From contig JBBTXR010000001.1 in the NCBI GenBank assembly GCA_038062175.1, positions 9,420-73,419 of the forward strand: DNA of 64,000 bases, written 5' to 3'. Position 1 is the stretch's first letter; each line of letters starts with the position of its first letter. Positions 37,907-47,567 of this stretch are shown here, piece after piece. Both the position numbers and the translations under genes were made by a program. Below the pieces are notes generated by a model, which was not told the origin of the DNA, did not search any database, and saw only the letters and a program-made list of their open reading frames with translations. This DNA is from Patescibacteria group bacterium (lineage in GTDB: Bacteria > Patescibacteriota > Minisyncoccia > Phycocordibacterales > Phycocordibacteraceae).

Positions 37907-38305
37907 CGCGCGGATCTTTGCGGCGACACTGTCTGCCTCACCTTCGCCATAGCTACCTGCCGGAAAGTGCGTAAACCCGTCTCCTTCGTGGCGGGGAATG
38001 ATATGGACGTGTGCGTGGAAGACGACCTGTCCTGCTGCTGGTTCGTTATTCATGGCGATATTGATGCCGTCTGCGTCTACAGCCTCTTTAATAACAGGAG
38101 CGAGCTTATGGACTGTTTTCATGACGGCAAGCCAGGAATCCTCAGAAATATCGAGAATGTTACGAGTGTGTACTTTGGGGATCACGAGCGTGTGTCCTGG
38201 GTTGTTGGGCGCAATATCAAGGAACGCGAGCGTTGCCTCGTCTTCATAAATGATGGTGGCAGGGATCTCGCGGGCAATGATCTTCTCAAAGATAGTAGGT
38301 TCCAT
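37898..38305 (-). CDS. HIT family protein (HinT-like)
   Basis: IFEKII.REIP, GHTLVIPK, AGQVVFHAHVHIIPR. Confidence 0.93.
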   Translation of the reverse strand: MEPTIFEKIIAREIPATIIYEDEATLAFLDIAPNNPGHTLVIPKVHTRNILDISEDSWLAVMKTVHKLAPVIKEAVDADGINIAMNNEPAAGQVVFHAHVHIIPRHEGDGFTHFPAGSYGEGEADSVAAKIRALL

Positions 38306-38350
38306 ACCTGAAAAGCATAGCGCATAGCAACTCTGATACAATCACCCCAC

Positions 38351-40072
38351 ATGTTTCCGCTCCATGACGTTCTTGATGAGAAATTACGCGACGAGCTTGC
38401 TGCGTATGATGATTTCACGGCCTCGCTTCTAGCCAGAAGAGGGGTCACGAGCGCTAAAGAGGCAGAAGCCTTTCTTTCTCCCTCCTACGACGAGCACATT
38501 CATGACCCTATGCTCATGACTGATATGCCTAAAGCAGCTGAACGGCTTGCGCGTGCCATTTCAAACAAGGAAAAGATCACCGTCTGGAGTGACTATGACT
38601 GTGACGGGATTCCGGGAGGGGTGGTGCTCCATGATTTTCTTAAAAAAGCCGGAGCTGATTTTACGAACTACATTCCGCACCGACATGACGAGGGGTACGG
38701 CGTGAACTTGAAAGGTATTGAGAAACTTGCCAAGGAAGGAACCAAGCTCGTCGTTACCGTTGATGTGGGTATTGTCGACAATGAAGCGGTCGCACTCGCG
38801 AACGAACTTGGTATGGAGGTGATCGTTACTGACCATCATCTTCCGTCAGGCGACCTTCCGCCTGCGTATGCAGTCGTTGACCCGAAGGCGCGTGCGGATG
38901 AGACGTACCCGTTTAAGGATCTGTGTGGAGGGGGAATTGCATGGAAGCTTGTTTGTGCAACACTCCAGCACGGATTTACCGGTCGCGAGAACATTGCACC
39001 AGGATGGGAGAAGTGGCTTTTGGATATGGCAGGACTTTCAACCATTGCAGATATGGTGCCACTCAAGGGAGAGAACCGAGTGATCGCAAAGTACGCACTC
39101 TTGGTTATGCGGAAGTCACCTCGTCTGGGGCTGCAGCGACTTTGTAAGGTTGCGCGCGTGAATCAGCGCCTGATCACTGAAGACGATGTCGGCTTTATGA
39201 TCGCGCCCCGAGTGAATGCGGCTTCACGCATGGGAGATCCGCGTGATGCGTTTCAACTCTTCACGACTGAAGACGAAGTTGAGGCAGACGAGCTTTCAAA
39301 GAAGCTTGAAGCGATCAATCGGTCACGGCGAGCGGTTGCGGGAGCGACGACGCGTGAAGTACACGAACGACTTGAGGAGCGAAAGCTTCAGGGAGAGTTG
39401 CCTTCAGTACTTGTGTTCGGGAACCCTGACTGGAGGCCGGGACTTTTGGGGCTCGTTGCAAACGGCATAGCAGAAGAATACGGACGACCGGTGTTCCTTT
39501 GGGGACGAGAGGGGAACGATACCCTTAAAGGATCATGTCGCGCTGGCGGGAAGGTGAGTGTGAATGCACTTATGCACGCAGCGACCGATGCGTTTCTTGA
39601 GTTCGGTGGACATGCAGCGTCGGGTGGTTTTTCTATCGCACCAGAGCAGGTCTCGTATCTTGAAGCGCGATTGGTAGAGGCGCTTGCCACCTTGCCTCCA
39701 GAGACGGCGGAAGAGTCGAGAGCGGATCGTGAGCTCTCGCCACAAGAAGTGTCTCCGCGGCTCCTCCTGTCGCTTGAGAAGTTTGCACCGTTTGGTATGG
39801 GAAACACGAAGCCATCGTTTGCGCTCCACAGTGTGCTCGTGACTGAGGTGTCGTGGTTTGGGAAGGCAGGGGAACATCTTAGGCTTCGGATTCTGCGGGA
39901 TGAGTTTGATGACACGACGATCGAAGCGATCTCGTTCTATGCAAAGCGAGAGCTCGGAAAGAGTTGCGAGAAGGTGGTGGCAGGGGAGCGAGCATCACTT
40001 CTGGCGCATGTGGAGCGAGATACGTTTTCGAGGAAGAGCCCGGTGAGGCTTCGGATTGTGGCGATTAAGTAA
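38351..40072 (+). CDS. recJ: ssDNA exonuclease RecJ
   Basis: DYDCDG, TDHH, TIADMVPL, PRVNAASR, GGHA.SGG. Confidence 0.95.
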   Translation: MFPLHDVLDEKLRDELAAYDDFTASLLARRGVTSAKEAEAFLSPSYDEHIHDPMLMTDMPKAAERLARAISNKEKITVWSDYDCDGIPGGVVLHDFLKKAGADFTNYIPHRHDEGYGVNLKGIEKLAKEGTKLVVTVDVGIVDNEAVALANELGMEVIVTDHHLPSGDLPPAYAVVDPKARADETYPFKDLCGGGIAWKLVCATLQHGFTGRENIAPGWEKWLLDMAGLSTIADMVPLKGENRVIAKYALLVMRKSPRLGLQRLCKVARVNQRLITEDDVGFMIAPRVNAASRMGDPRDAFQLFTTEDEVEADELSKKLEAINRSRRAVAGATTREVHERLEERKLQGELPSVLVFGNPDWRPGLLGLVANGIAEEYGRPVFLWGREGNDTLKGSCRAGGKVSVNALMHAATDAFLEFGGHAASGGFSIAPEQVSYLEARLVEALATLPPETAEESRADRELSPQEVSPRLLLSLEKFAPFGMGNTKPSFALHSVLVTEVSWFGKAGEHLRLRILRDEFDDTTIEAISFYAKRELGKSCEKVVAGERASLLAHVERDTFSRKSPVRLRIVAIK

Positions 40073-40165
40073 TGCTTCGCTTAGTTCAGGACGTTAGAAT
40101 CTTCATATAAAACAGAAGACCCGCTCGGCAGGAGCCAAGTGGGCTTCTGCTCGAACGGGTCGTAT

Positions 40166-40810
40166 TTAAGTTAGGGCAGAGAGGGAGCGCTTGAGATTCT
40201 CTCGAGCGCGGGCCTCATACTTGCGCTGGAAGTACTGGAGGTTGTAGATGGTTGTTCGATCGAGGAATCGTTGTAGGACAGCTGCTCTCCCGGATCGGAA
40301 TGCGTCGGCTGGTACCCACTCATACTCCAGTCGGATCTGCCGCTCGTATTCGTCGAACGCCTCTTCTGGTTGTCCGAGGATGGCGAGATCGACATCGAGC
40401 ACCAGCTTTTCGTCGAAGAAGAGAGGCTCTTTGGTGTGGGCGGTGACGCGGATGTAGGACGCGACAAGGCCAGGGTTCGCATAGAAGCAGCGGGCTTCGG
40501 TGAGAACCTGTTCGGCAAACAGAGCACTACGCTCCTCGTTGTCGTTTGCTCGTGTATCGTAGAACACGTCGTGGTACCAGAGCGCCAGTTCAACGGTGAC
40601 TCGCGCATTTGAACCGAGCGAGATGCCGTCGTCATCTCTGAAAGCCTCGTTCAGTTCCCGGAAGCAGTGCTCGAGGTGAGCAAGGGTGTGGTACGCCCGG
40701 TGCGGCTCAGAATAGCGCCGCTCCAGGTCTTCGTAGAGAGCGAGTGCATCACCTTCATATCCGAGGCCGCTCCAGAGCTGGAGCCACCGATCTCTCAATA
40801 CTGTGTTCAT
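40166..40810 (-). CDS. HD-superfamily phosphohydrolase (COG4339-like)
   Basis: YSEPHRAYHT..H, WYHDVFY, DNEERSA, DVDLAIL, IR.EY. Confidence 0.85.
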   Translation of the reverse strand: MNTVLRDRWLQLWSGLGYEGDALALYEDLERRYSEPHRAYHTLAHLEHCFRELNEAFRDDDGISLGSNARVTVELALWYHDVFYDTRANDNEERSALFAEQVLTEARCFYANPGLVASYIRVTAHTKEPLFFDEKLVLDVDLAILGQPEEAFDEYERQIRLEYEWVPADAFRSGRAAVLQRFLDRTTIYNLQYFQRKYEARARENLKRSLSALT

Positions 40811-40917
40811 CTCCAACTCCTGTGGAAGTCTGAAAGAGTTATAGCACACGATATGAATTTGTCAGCTGCCGCTGGCAGGACTCGAATCCTCTGGATTCAT
40901 TGCGCTATAGTACGCAT

Positions 40918-41340
40918 ATGAATTTCACTCTCTACGCAGACGGCGGTGCACGCGGGAATCCGGGTCCTGCAGGAGCTGGTGCAGTTGTTTTCGATAGTCT
41001 CGGCAAGCGCGTTGTTGAGGTCTCGGATTATCTTGGTGTAGCGACCAACAACATCGCTGAGTATGAGGCAGTGATCCGAGGCCTTCGGAAACTCGCTGAA
41101 GAATATCCAATAGACATACTTAAGTCTGCTCCGCTTACCATCCGCATGGACTCAAAGCTCGTGATTGAGCAATTGAAAGGTGCGTACAAAGTGAAGCATC
41201 CCAACCTCGTTCCTCGGCACTTTGAGGTGAAGAATATTCTTGCGCGCTCATTCGGTACCGTTGCCTTCGAGCACGTGTATCGCGAGAAGAACAAAGACGC
41301 GGACGAACTCGCCAATCGAGCGATGGATGCAGGGAAGTAG
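40918..41340 (+). CDS. rnhA: Ribonuclease HI family protein
   Basis: DGGARGNPG, TNNIAEY, DSKLVI.Q, REKNKDAD.LAN. Confidence 0.9.
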   Translation: MNFTLYADGGARGNPGPAGAGAVVFDSLGKRVVEVSDYLGVATNNIAEYEAVIRGLRKLAEEYPIDILKSAPLTIRMDSKLVIEQLKGAYKVKHPNLVPRHFEVKNILARSFGTVAFEHVYREKNKDADELANRAMDAGK

Positions 41341-41380
41341 TCTTCAGGTTTCTCCTATCTTCAAGTGGTAGCGTCGCGGC

Positions 41381-42823
41381 ATGAGCCGCTTGTTTCTTTT
41401 AGGTATCGGAGCGTTTGCGCTTGGCGTTGCGATGCAGTCGCTGTATCCCGTGTCGCTGCCACTAATCGCATTTGCTGCACTCGCTGGCATGGTGCTTATT
41501 TTCTTTGCGCGAACAGACTGGTCGATGGGTGTGGGTGTCGTGCTAGTGCTGTGTGCGCTTGGGGTAGGGAGGGTGGCATTCATGCCAAGCAGCCCTCCTC
41601 CTGTATTCCTACCGCTCTTTGATACGAAGGTGGAGTTACTTGGTGTGGTGGTGGGCGATCCAGACATTCGAGAAACTACCCAACGCGTAACGGTTGAAGT
41701 CGCACATGAGGATGCGCGAATGCGAGTGCTCGTGGTGGCATCCTTGTATCCCGAACTTGCGCATGGCGAGGGAGTAGCAGTCATCGGAAAACTTGAACAC
41801 CCTGAACCCTTCGACACGGATGGTGGCCGTGTTTTTCGCTACGACACATTCCTCGCAAAAGACGGCGTGTTCGGGATTGTGAGTTATGCAAACGTCGAAG
41901 TGGTGAGTAAACCATCCACACTCGATACATTTCGAAGTTCTTTGTACGCAGTGAAGCACTGGTTCACGCGTGGACTTGAATACGCACTTCCAGAACCCTA
42001 TGCCGCGCTTGCTGCAGGCATCATCACGGGCGGGAAGCAGGGTCTTGGGAAAGAACTCCTTGATGCGTTTACGACTGCCGGACTCATACATATCGTGGTC
42101 CTCTCTGGATACAACGTAATGATTGTGGCGGAGGCAGTGCTCCGGATGTGTGGGTTTCTAAAGAAGCGTAGCGCTGCAGTAGTGGCAGGGATCGTGATCG
42201 CACTCTTTGTTATGGCAGCGGGAGCAGGAGCGGCAAGCATTCGTGCAGGCGTGATGGCAGGGGTCGCGCTCTTTGCGAGAGCGTCCGGGCGTACCTATGA
42301 CGCACTTCGAGCACTTCTCTTTGTGTTTGTGGCTATGCTCCTCATCAATCCGCTTCTGCTTATACATGATCCGGGATTTCAATTCTCCTTTGCAGCAACG
42401 CTCGGACTCATCCTTGCAGCTCCCTCGATTGAGGCGCGATTTGCAAGGGTGCGTCCCGCCTTTGTGCGCGATATTGCTGCTACTACTATTGCCGCGCAGC
42501 TATTTGTCTTACCGCTTCTGTTGTATCAGACAGGTAATCTTTCGTTTATCGCGTTTCCCGCAAACATTCTCGCGCTTCCGGTTGTTCCGCTTGCCATGCT
42601 TTTCTCAGCCATTGCAGGGGTGGCGGGAATTCTCGTTCCTTTCATTGCTCCCGTTATTGCTGTCCCCGCACTTCTTTTACTTGCGTATCTTATTGAGCTC
42701 GCGCAGATTGCCGCGTCACTTCCATACGCCACGAGTGTCGTCCCGGTATTTCCGTTTATTCTGGTACCCGTTATGTATGCAGGCCTTGCGGGCCTTATCT
42801 ATCTTCTAAAGAGAAGTGGCTAG
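41381..42823 (+). CDS. comEC: ComEC/Rec2 competence channel (OB plus membrane domains)
   Basis: GLIHIVVLSGYNV, SIRAGVM, DPGFQFSF, AN. Confidence 0.92.
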   Translation: MSRLFLLGIGAFALGVAMQSLYPVSLPLIAFAALAGMVLIFFARTDWSMGVGVVLVLCALGVGRVAFMPSSPPPVFLPLFDTKVELLGVVVGDPDIRETTQRVTVEVAHEDARMRVLVVASLYPELAHGEGVAVIGKLEHPEPFDTDGGRVFRYDTFLAKDGVFGIVSYANVEVVSKPSTLDTFRSSLYAVKHWFTRGLEYALPEPYAALAAGIITGGKQGLGKELLDAFTTAGLIHIVVLSGYNVMIVAEAVLRMCGFLKKRSAAVVAGIVIALFVMAAGAGAASIRAGVMAGVALFARASGRTYDALRALLFVFVAMLLINPLLLIHDPGFQFSFAATLGLILAAPSIEARFARVRPAFVRDIAATTIAAQLFVLPLLLYQTGNLSFIAFPANILALPVVPLAMLFSAIAGVAGILVPFIAPVIAVPALLLLAYLIELAQIAASLPYATSVVPVFPFILVPVMYAGLAGLIYLLKRSG

Positions 42824-43422
42824 GTGGCTGCGTTTGCGAAGCGTTCGTTCACGAGTTTCCAGTTCACGTTGTCGAGGAAGGCATCGACATAGTCTTTCTT
42901 CTCTGCAGGGACGTAGTCGATCATGAACGCATGCTCCCAGAGATCGATAGCAAGGATGATGGGAAGACCGGCAAGCTGCCCCAGCTCATGATCATTTACA
43001 AAGGCGGTGTGGAGGGTGTTCGCACGAGGATCGAAATAGGTCACCACCCAGCCGATGCCGCGGGTGCCCGCAACTTCTTTCAAGTGGGTGAGGAAACTGG
43101 CCCAGTTGCCGTACTTTTCTGAAGCGGCGTTCCCAAGCGCAGAGTCCTCTTCGCTCTCGGTGGCACCTCCCTCAAATTGCTCGAAGTAGTACTCGTGCAT
43201 GCGCATGCCATCGAACTCGAAGCCGAGACGGCGGCGTAGCTCATTAATGACGAAGGCGTTCTTCTCAGCGTCCTCCTCCTTAAGGCGCTTGATGGTATCG
43301 AGGATGAGGTTTGTGTGCTTTACGTAGCCCTCGTAGAGCGCGAGGTGCACGTCGATTTGTTTCTTTGAAAGTCCTTTGAGTTCTGGAAGGGTGAAAGTGC
43401 GTGGGGTGTAGGTCATAGTCAT
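42820..43422 (-). CDS. sod: Fe/Mn superoxide dismutase
   Basis: H..LY.GYV, MHEYYF, GIGWV, DLWEHAF. Confidence 0.92.
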   Translation of the reverse strand: MTMTYTPRTFTLPELKGLSKKQIDVHLALYEGYVKHTNLILDTIKRLKEEDAEKNAFVINELRRRLGFEFDGMRMHEYYFEQFEGGATESEEDSALGNAASEKYGNWASFLTHLKEVAGTRGIGWVVTYFDPRANTLHTAFVNDHELGQLAGLPIILAIDLWEHAFMIDYVPAEKKDYVDAFLDNVNWKLVNERFANAAT

Positions 43423-43431
43423 GTGGTTAGT

Positions 43432-43674
43432 TTAGAAATTGCGATAGGTGGTGTCATCTCGTCGCCCAACATCAAGTATGCGAATCTGCTCGTCTTTCCT
43501 ATGGAATATGACGCGTATACTGCTGATCCGCAATCGATAGATATCATCGTGGCCCTTGAGCTTTTTGATGTCGAGCTCGTCTATGTTTCCTGCAAACAGG
43601 GCAGCAAGCGTTTTTTGAAGGTGACCCCGTTCCTTCAGATCTAGTTTCTTGAAAAACTTTGCGAGTTTATCCAT
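43432..43674 (-). CDS. RelE/ParE family toxin
   Basis: IKKLKG...YRLRI..IRVIF, VGRR. Overlaps the antitoxin stop. Confidence 0.85.
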   Translation of the reverse strand: MDKLAKFFKKLDLKERGHLQKTLAALFAGNIDELDIKKLKGHDDIYRLRISSIRVIFHRKDEQIRILDVGRRDDTTYRNF

Positions 43675-43912
43675 CGAGTTTCTTAAGAGAAGCAAGAACT
43701 TCTTCAATAGGGACACCTCGCGGATCGATCTTCGTGAAATCAATCACCGTCTCCCATCCCATCTCTTCCTCATCTACAGGCGTGAGTCGGAATAGGGGAG
43801 TCGAACGGCGCATGACCGTGATTGATTCTCCCTTATTCACGCGCTTGATGTACGTCTCCGTGTTCTCACGGAGCTCTTTAAGTCCTATGATGTTCTTTGC
43901 TTTGGTAGCCAT
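43667..43912 (-). CDS. Phd/YefM family antitoxin
   Basis: IIGLKELREN...YI.RV.KGESITV.RRS.P. Confidence 0.85.
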   Translation of the reverse strand: MATKAKNIIGLKELRENTETYIKRVNKGESITVMRRSTPLFRLTPVDEEEMGWETVIDFTKIDPRGVPIEEVLASLKKLDG

Positions 43913-43947
43913 ACTCTAAGATTATCTTAAGATAATCTTAGAGTCAA
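43913..43947 (-). promoter_or_regulatory. TA promoter with perfect 32-bp palindromic operator
   Basis: ACTCTAAGATTATCTT|AAGATAATCTTAGAGT overlapping TTGACT-17-TAATCT-6-ATG. Confidence 0.85.
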
Positions 43948-43959
43948 CAGGCTGAATGT

Positions 43960-44283
43960 TTAATGAGGGGTCTCGCGGGCTGAGGTATACCGATCCTTAT
44001 CCCGTTCCGTCACCTTATCGATACTCTTTCTCATCGCGTCATCGAGATTGATGTTGTGTGCGTTCGCAAAGCAGATCAGGGTGTAGATGATGTCGCCAAG
44101 CTCTTCCTCCATATCCTGCACCTCCTCCTCAAGCTTCTTTTTCTTTGGTCCGTAGACATGGTTCACGAGGCGGGCAAACTCACCACACTCTTCAAAGAGT
44201 CGGGTGGTAATGGCAAGGGGTTCCCAGTAGCCCCAGCCCTTTTGCTTAAACCATGCATCGACTTCCTCCTGGTACTGTTTCAT
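43960..44283 (-). CDS. MazG-like nucleotide pyrophosphohydrolase (YpjD-like)
   Basis: RLFEECGE, EELGD, RDKDR motifs. Confidence 0.88.
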   Translation of the reverse strand: MKQYQEEVDAWFKQKGWGYWEPLAITTRLFEECGEFARLVNHVYGPKKKKLEEEVQDMEEELGDIIYTLICFANAHNINLDDAMRKSIDKVTERDKDRYTSARETPH

Positions 44284-44309
44284 ACCCCTATACTATGGCA
44301 TAGCTACTT

Positions 44310-45164
44310 ATGTGCGCACTTCAGTCCTGGCCCTTGGCCCTCCTCATCGTTTCGCTCCTTGTGGCGCTTAATGCTGCTGTTGCGTATGCCATCTTCGAGC
44401 CTCGTGACGAGACCCTCAAGGTGTCGTTTCTTGATGTGGGGCAGGGAGATGCGATTCTAATTGAAAGTCCTGAAGGTATAGAGCTTCTGATCGATGGCGG
44501 TCGGGACCGCTCGGTGCTTCGCGAGCTTCCGCGGGTTATCGGACCCTTAGATCGATCTATTGATATGGTGCTTGCAACCCATCCGGATGCCGATCATATC
44601 GGCGGACTTCCTGATATATTCTCTCGCTACCGTGTCTCGTACTATCTCTCGTCCGGGATTGAAAACGATACGAGTCCTACGGAGCGTCTCGAGGCGTATG
44701 CGTCTGCAGAAAAGGGGATGCAATCGTTTATCGCACGCCGTGGCATGCGCATCCATCTTGGGAAAGACGTATATGCAGACGTGCTATATCCCGATCGGGA
44801 CGTATCCAAAGGAGAAACGAATGCCGGATCGGTAATAGTGCGACTGGTGTATGGCGAGACCTCGTTTTTGTTAACGGGAGATGCGCCCGACACCGTCGAG
44901 AATTATGTGGCTACACTAGGGGTCGTTGATAGCGATGTGCTGAAGGCCGGACACCATGGCTCGCGCAATTCCACGAGTGCCGTATTCCTTTCTGCAGTTA
45001 CGCCCGATACGGTGGTTGTATCAGCAGGTAAAGATAACTCATACGGTCACCCACATGCGGAGGTGGTACAGCGAGTACGAGAGAGTGGGGCAGAGCTCGT
45101 ATCGACTAGTGAGGAGGGGGCGATTACTTTCGTCTCAAACGGGATAGATATTGTACGGAAGTAA
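44310..45164 (+). CDS. ComEC-type MBL-fold nuclease (stand-alone C-terminal domain)
   Basis: FLDVGQGDA, THPDADHIGG, LTGD, LKAGHHGS, YGHPH. Confidence 0.92.
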   Translation: MCALQSWPLALLIVSLLVALNAAVAYAIFEPRDETLKVSFLDVGQGDAILIESPEGIELLIDGGRDRSVLRELPRVIGPLDRSIDMVLATHPDADHIGGLPDIFSRYRVSYYLSSGIENDTSPTERLEAYASAEKGMQSFIARRGMRIHLGKDVYADVLYPDRDVSKGETNAGSVIVRLVYGETSFLLTGDAPDTVENYVATLGVVDSDVLKAGHHGSRNSTSAVFLSAVTPDTVVVSAGKDNSYGHPHAEVVQRVRESGAELVSTSEEGAITFVSNGIDIVRK

Positions 45165-45207
45165 GTACGTGCTACTGTTGACTAAGGTTAGTTGTGGGAG
45201 GGTTCAG

Positions 45208-45468
45208 ATGCGTTGTCCATGCGTGATTAAGGCAGACTTTATGTTCACTGCCATTTCGCAGGGCAGTGTCGGCAGCGATCTTGGTTGGCTGCGTGATCTA
45301 CGGAAGCTCATCGATGCGGACCTTGCGAACATGCCGCCCCCGAGCACGATTTCCAGCGCTGTATTCGCTGAGATGTCCCAGGAGCTCGAAGTTCTCTGTG
45401 ATGTCGATAGGCGTGTGGTGCTCGCCATGCTCGGCGAACGCATTGATGGTCGGCTTGCCGTCGTCTAA
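45208..45468 (+). CDS. Hypothetical protein
   Basis: SD GGGAGG, followed by a terminator hairpin. Confidence 0.45.
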   Translation: MRCPCVIKADFMFTAISQGSVGSDLGWLRDLRKLIDADLANMPPPSTISSAVFAEMSQELEVLCDVDRRVVLAMLGERIDGRLAVV

Positions 45469-45531
45469 CGTCGCCGATAAATAAAGAAAGCGCCCGGATC
45501 CAGATGGACCCGGGCGTTTCTTCTGCCCTGC

Positions 45532-45777
45532 TTACTTAACGATTCCTGCCTTTTTCAGGGTGGCGTAGGCGCCGTTCTTCTTGATGATGCGCATGCCCTT
45601 GGTGGAGATGTCGACGAGGATCATCTTGCCAAGCTCGGGGACAAAGATGCGGCGCTTGGTGAGGTTGGCGCTGCGGCGAACCTTACCCGTTGGGTTGAAC
45701 TGGGTAGCACGGGTGCGGTTAGAATACCGCCCGCCAATCTGCGTGCTCTTTCCGGTTACTTCGCAAGCTCGTGCCAT
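45532..45777 (-). CDS. rpmB: 50S ribosomal protein L28
   Basis: MARACEVTGK, NL.KRRIFVPEL, STKGMR.I.K.G. Confidence 0.93.
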   Translation of the reverse strand: MARACEVTGKSTQIGGRYSNRTRATQFNPTGKVRRSANLTKRRIFVPELGKMILVDISTKGMRIIKKNGAYATLKKAGIVK

Positions 45778-45822
45778 AGTCCCCGCATGCTAGCATAGGG
45801 ACACGTAAATCGGCAACTTTCT

Positions 45823-46452
45823 ATGGAATTCATCATATTCGGCGTCATTGTGCTCATTCTTTCGATCATCGTGCATGAGGTGGCTCACGGGTATGCCGCC
45901 TACGCGCTTGGGGACCCGACCGCAAAGCTTGAGGGCAGGCTTACCTTGAACCCTATACCGCATGTGGATCCTATAGGATCGATCATTTTGCCTGCGCTTT
46001 TGGTCATGACGAACGCAGGGATTCTCTTTGGTTGGGCAAAGCCCGTTCCATATAACCCGTATAACCTGAAGAATCAGCGATGGGGTGAGGCGATTGTGGG
46101 AATCGCAGGAGTCGCGACCAACCTCTTTCTCGCGGTCCTCTTTGCGTTTGTTGCGCGCTATGCGTATGGCGCAGGGATGACTGAGTTTGGGGATCTCGCA
46201 GCGATCGTGACTCTAACGAACCTTTCGCTCGGGCTCTTTAACTTGATTCCGTTTCCTCCGCTTGATGGGTTTACGGTGCTTCGTGGCCTCTTGCCGTTCA
46301 AGGCATCCATGGCGATGCGTGAGTTTGAGGACCGTATGCGTGCCGGGAGCATCTTCACGCTCGTTGCCTTCCTCTTTATATTCAGCTATCTGTTTGCAAA
46401 GCCCTTCTACGCCGTCATCACCTACCTATTTAAGATGTTGGTCGGCGCATAA
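45823..46452 (+). CDS. Site-2 protease (M50)
   Basis: HEVAH, GRLTLNP, FNLIPFPPLDG. Confidence 0.94.
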   Translation: MEFIIFGVIVLILSIIVHEVAHGYAAYALGDPTAKLEGRLTLNPIPHVDPIGSIILPALLVMTNAGILFGWAKPVPYNPYNLKNQRWGEAIVGIAGVATNLFLAVLFAFVARYAYGAGMTEFGDLAAIVTLTNLSLGLFNLIPFPPLDGFTVLRGLLPFKASMAMREFEDRMRAGSIFTLVAFLFIFSYLFAKPFYAVITYLFKMLVGA

Positions 46453-46455
46453 CAT

Positions 46456-47112
46456 ATGGAGAAAAAAGTAACTCCCGCGGTAGTCGATAAAACGCTGGAG
46501 CTTGCATCTCTCATGCTTGCGTTCGGGCGAACGCTCCGTGCAACCCATCATGAGGATGGTGAACGCAGAGAAACCGATAGCGACCATACCGTCATGCTCG
46601 GTGTTATGGCGTGCGCCTACGCCGATGTGTTCGCGCCACAACTCGATAAAGGAAAGATCGCGCAGTATGCACTCGTGCATGACTTGGTTGAAGTGTATGC
46701 GGGGGACACAGTTACCTTCGGTAAGCTCGACGGAAGCGGCGACAAGGAGAAGGAAGAGCGGGAGACAGCAGCGCTCGTGCGTATCAGGGAAGAGTTCGAT
46801 GTGGTATATCCGTGGATTGGTAAGACGATCGAGGAGTACGAGAGCCTCAACTCTTACGAAGCGCGCTTCGTGAAGGTGATCGATAAGGTGATGCCGAAGC
46901 TCGTACATATATTGAATAAGGGTGCGACAGTGCGAGCACTCAATCACGACGATAAGAGCACAAAGGAATTCCATGACTATCAGTTCAACAGGCTCACACA
47001 AACCTATGGTGCGGACCAGGCGGAGGCGATGGAACTCCTTAAGTGCGTAAATGAGGCAGTGCAGAAGGCGCGGAAAGACTGGGACGACGAGCTTGAAACT
47101 GCCTGCACCTAG
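46456..47112 (+). CDS. HD-domain nucleotidase (YfbR-like)
   Basis: ETDSDHT, ALVHDLVEVYAGD, EARFVKVIDK. Confidence 0.87.
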   Translation: MEKKVTPAVVDKTLELASLMLAFGRTLRATHHEDGERRETDSDHTVMLGVMACAYADVFAPQLDKGKIAQYALVHDLVEVYAGDTVTFGKLDGSGDKEKEERETAALVRIREEFDVVYPWIGKTIEEYESLNSYEARFVKVIDKVMPKLVHILNKGATVRALNHDDKSTKEFHDYQFNRLTQTYGADQAEAMELLKCVNEAVQKARKDWDDELETACT

Positions 47113-47130
47113 ATTTGGTTCTAACAGGTA

Positions 47131-47199
47131 ATGAAGCACCTCATTGCCGCAGTCGCACTCCTGGTTCTAGGCTATATCCTCGGCCGACAGCAGAGGTAG
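47131..47199 (+). CDS. Possible 22-aa membrane micropeptide
   Basis: MKHLIAAVALLVLGYILGRQQR: clean n-h-c amphipathic pattern. Confidence 0.4.
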   Translation: MKHLIAAVALLVLGYILGRQQR

Positions 47200-47259
47200 C
47201 TCACGCATACTTCAGTCTCGCTGCGTAAGACTGCGCATGTAGCAGCTAATAAGGCGCGT

Positions 47260-47544
47260 ATGACACAGATACAGACCAATGGCACAAAGCGCACGACCGA
47301 CCATGACGAGATCGAGCGCTGGGCAGAAGAGCGACAGGGCACGCCTGCGATCGTGGAATCGACGTGGGATGGAAACACTGCAGTGCTTCGAATTGACTTC
47401 GGCGAGCCGAACGAAACGCTTATGGAAATAGGGTGGGATCAATTCTTCCAGATCTTTGATGAGGCTGATCTTGAGTTCCACTACCAGGGATATACCGCAG
47501 ATGGAGACATCAGCCGCTTTCATCGGTTTGTTGAGCAGGAATAA
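47260..47544 (+). CDS. Conserved small hypothetical protein
   Basis: TTDHDEIERWAEER.G.PA, LRIDF, I.WDQFF..FD family pattern. Confidence 0.8.
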   Translation: MTQIQTNGTKRTTDHDEIERWAEERQGTPAIVESTWDGNTAVLRIDFGEPNETLMEIGWDQFFQIFDEADLEFHYQGYTADGDISRFHRFVEQE

Positions 47545-47567
47545 GCTGTAATGGCTATACTGTCGTT

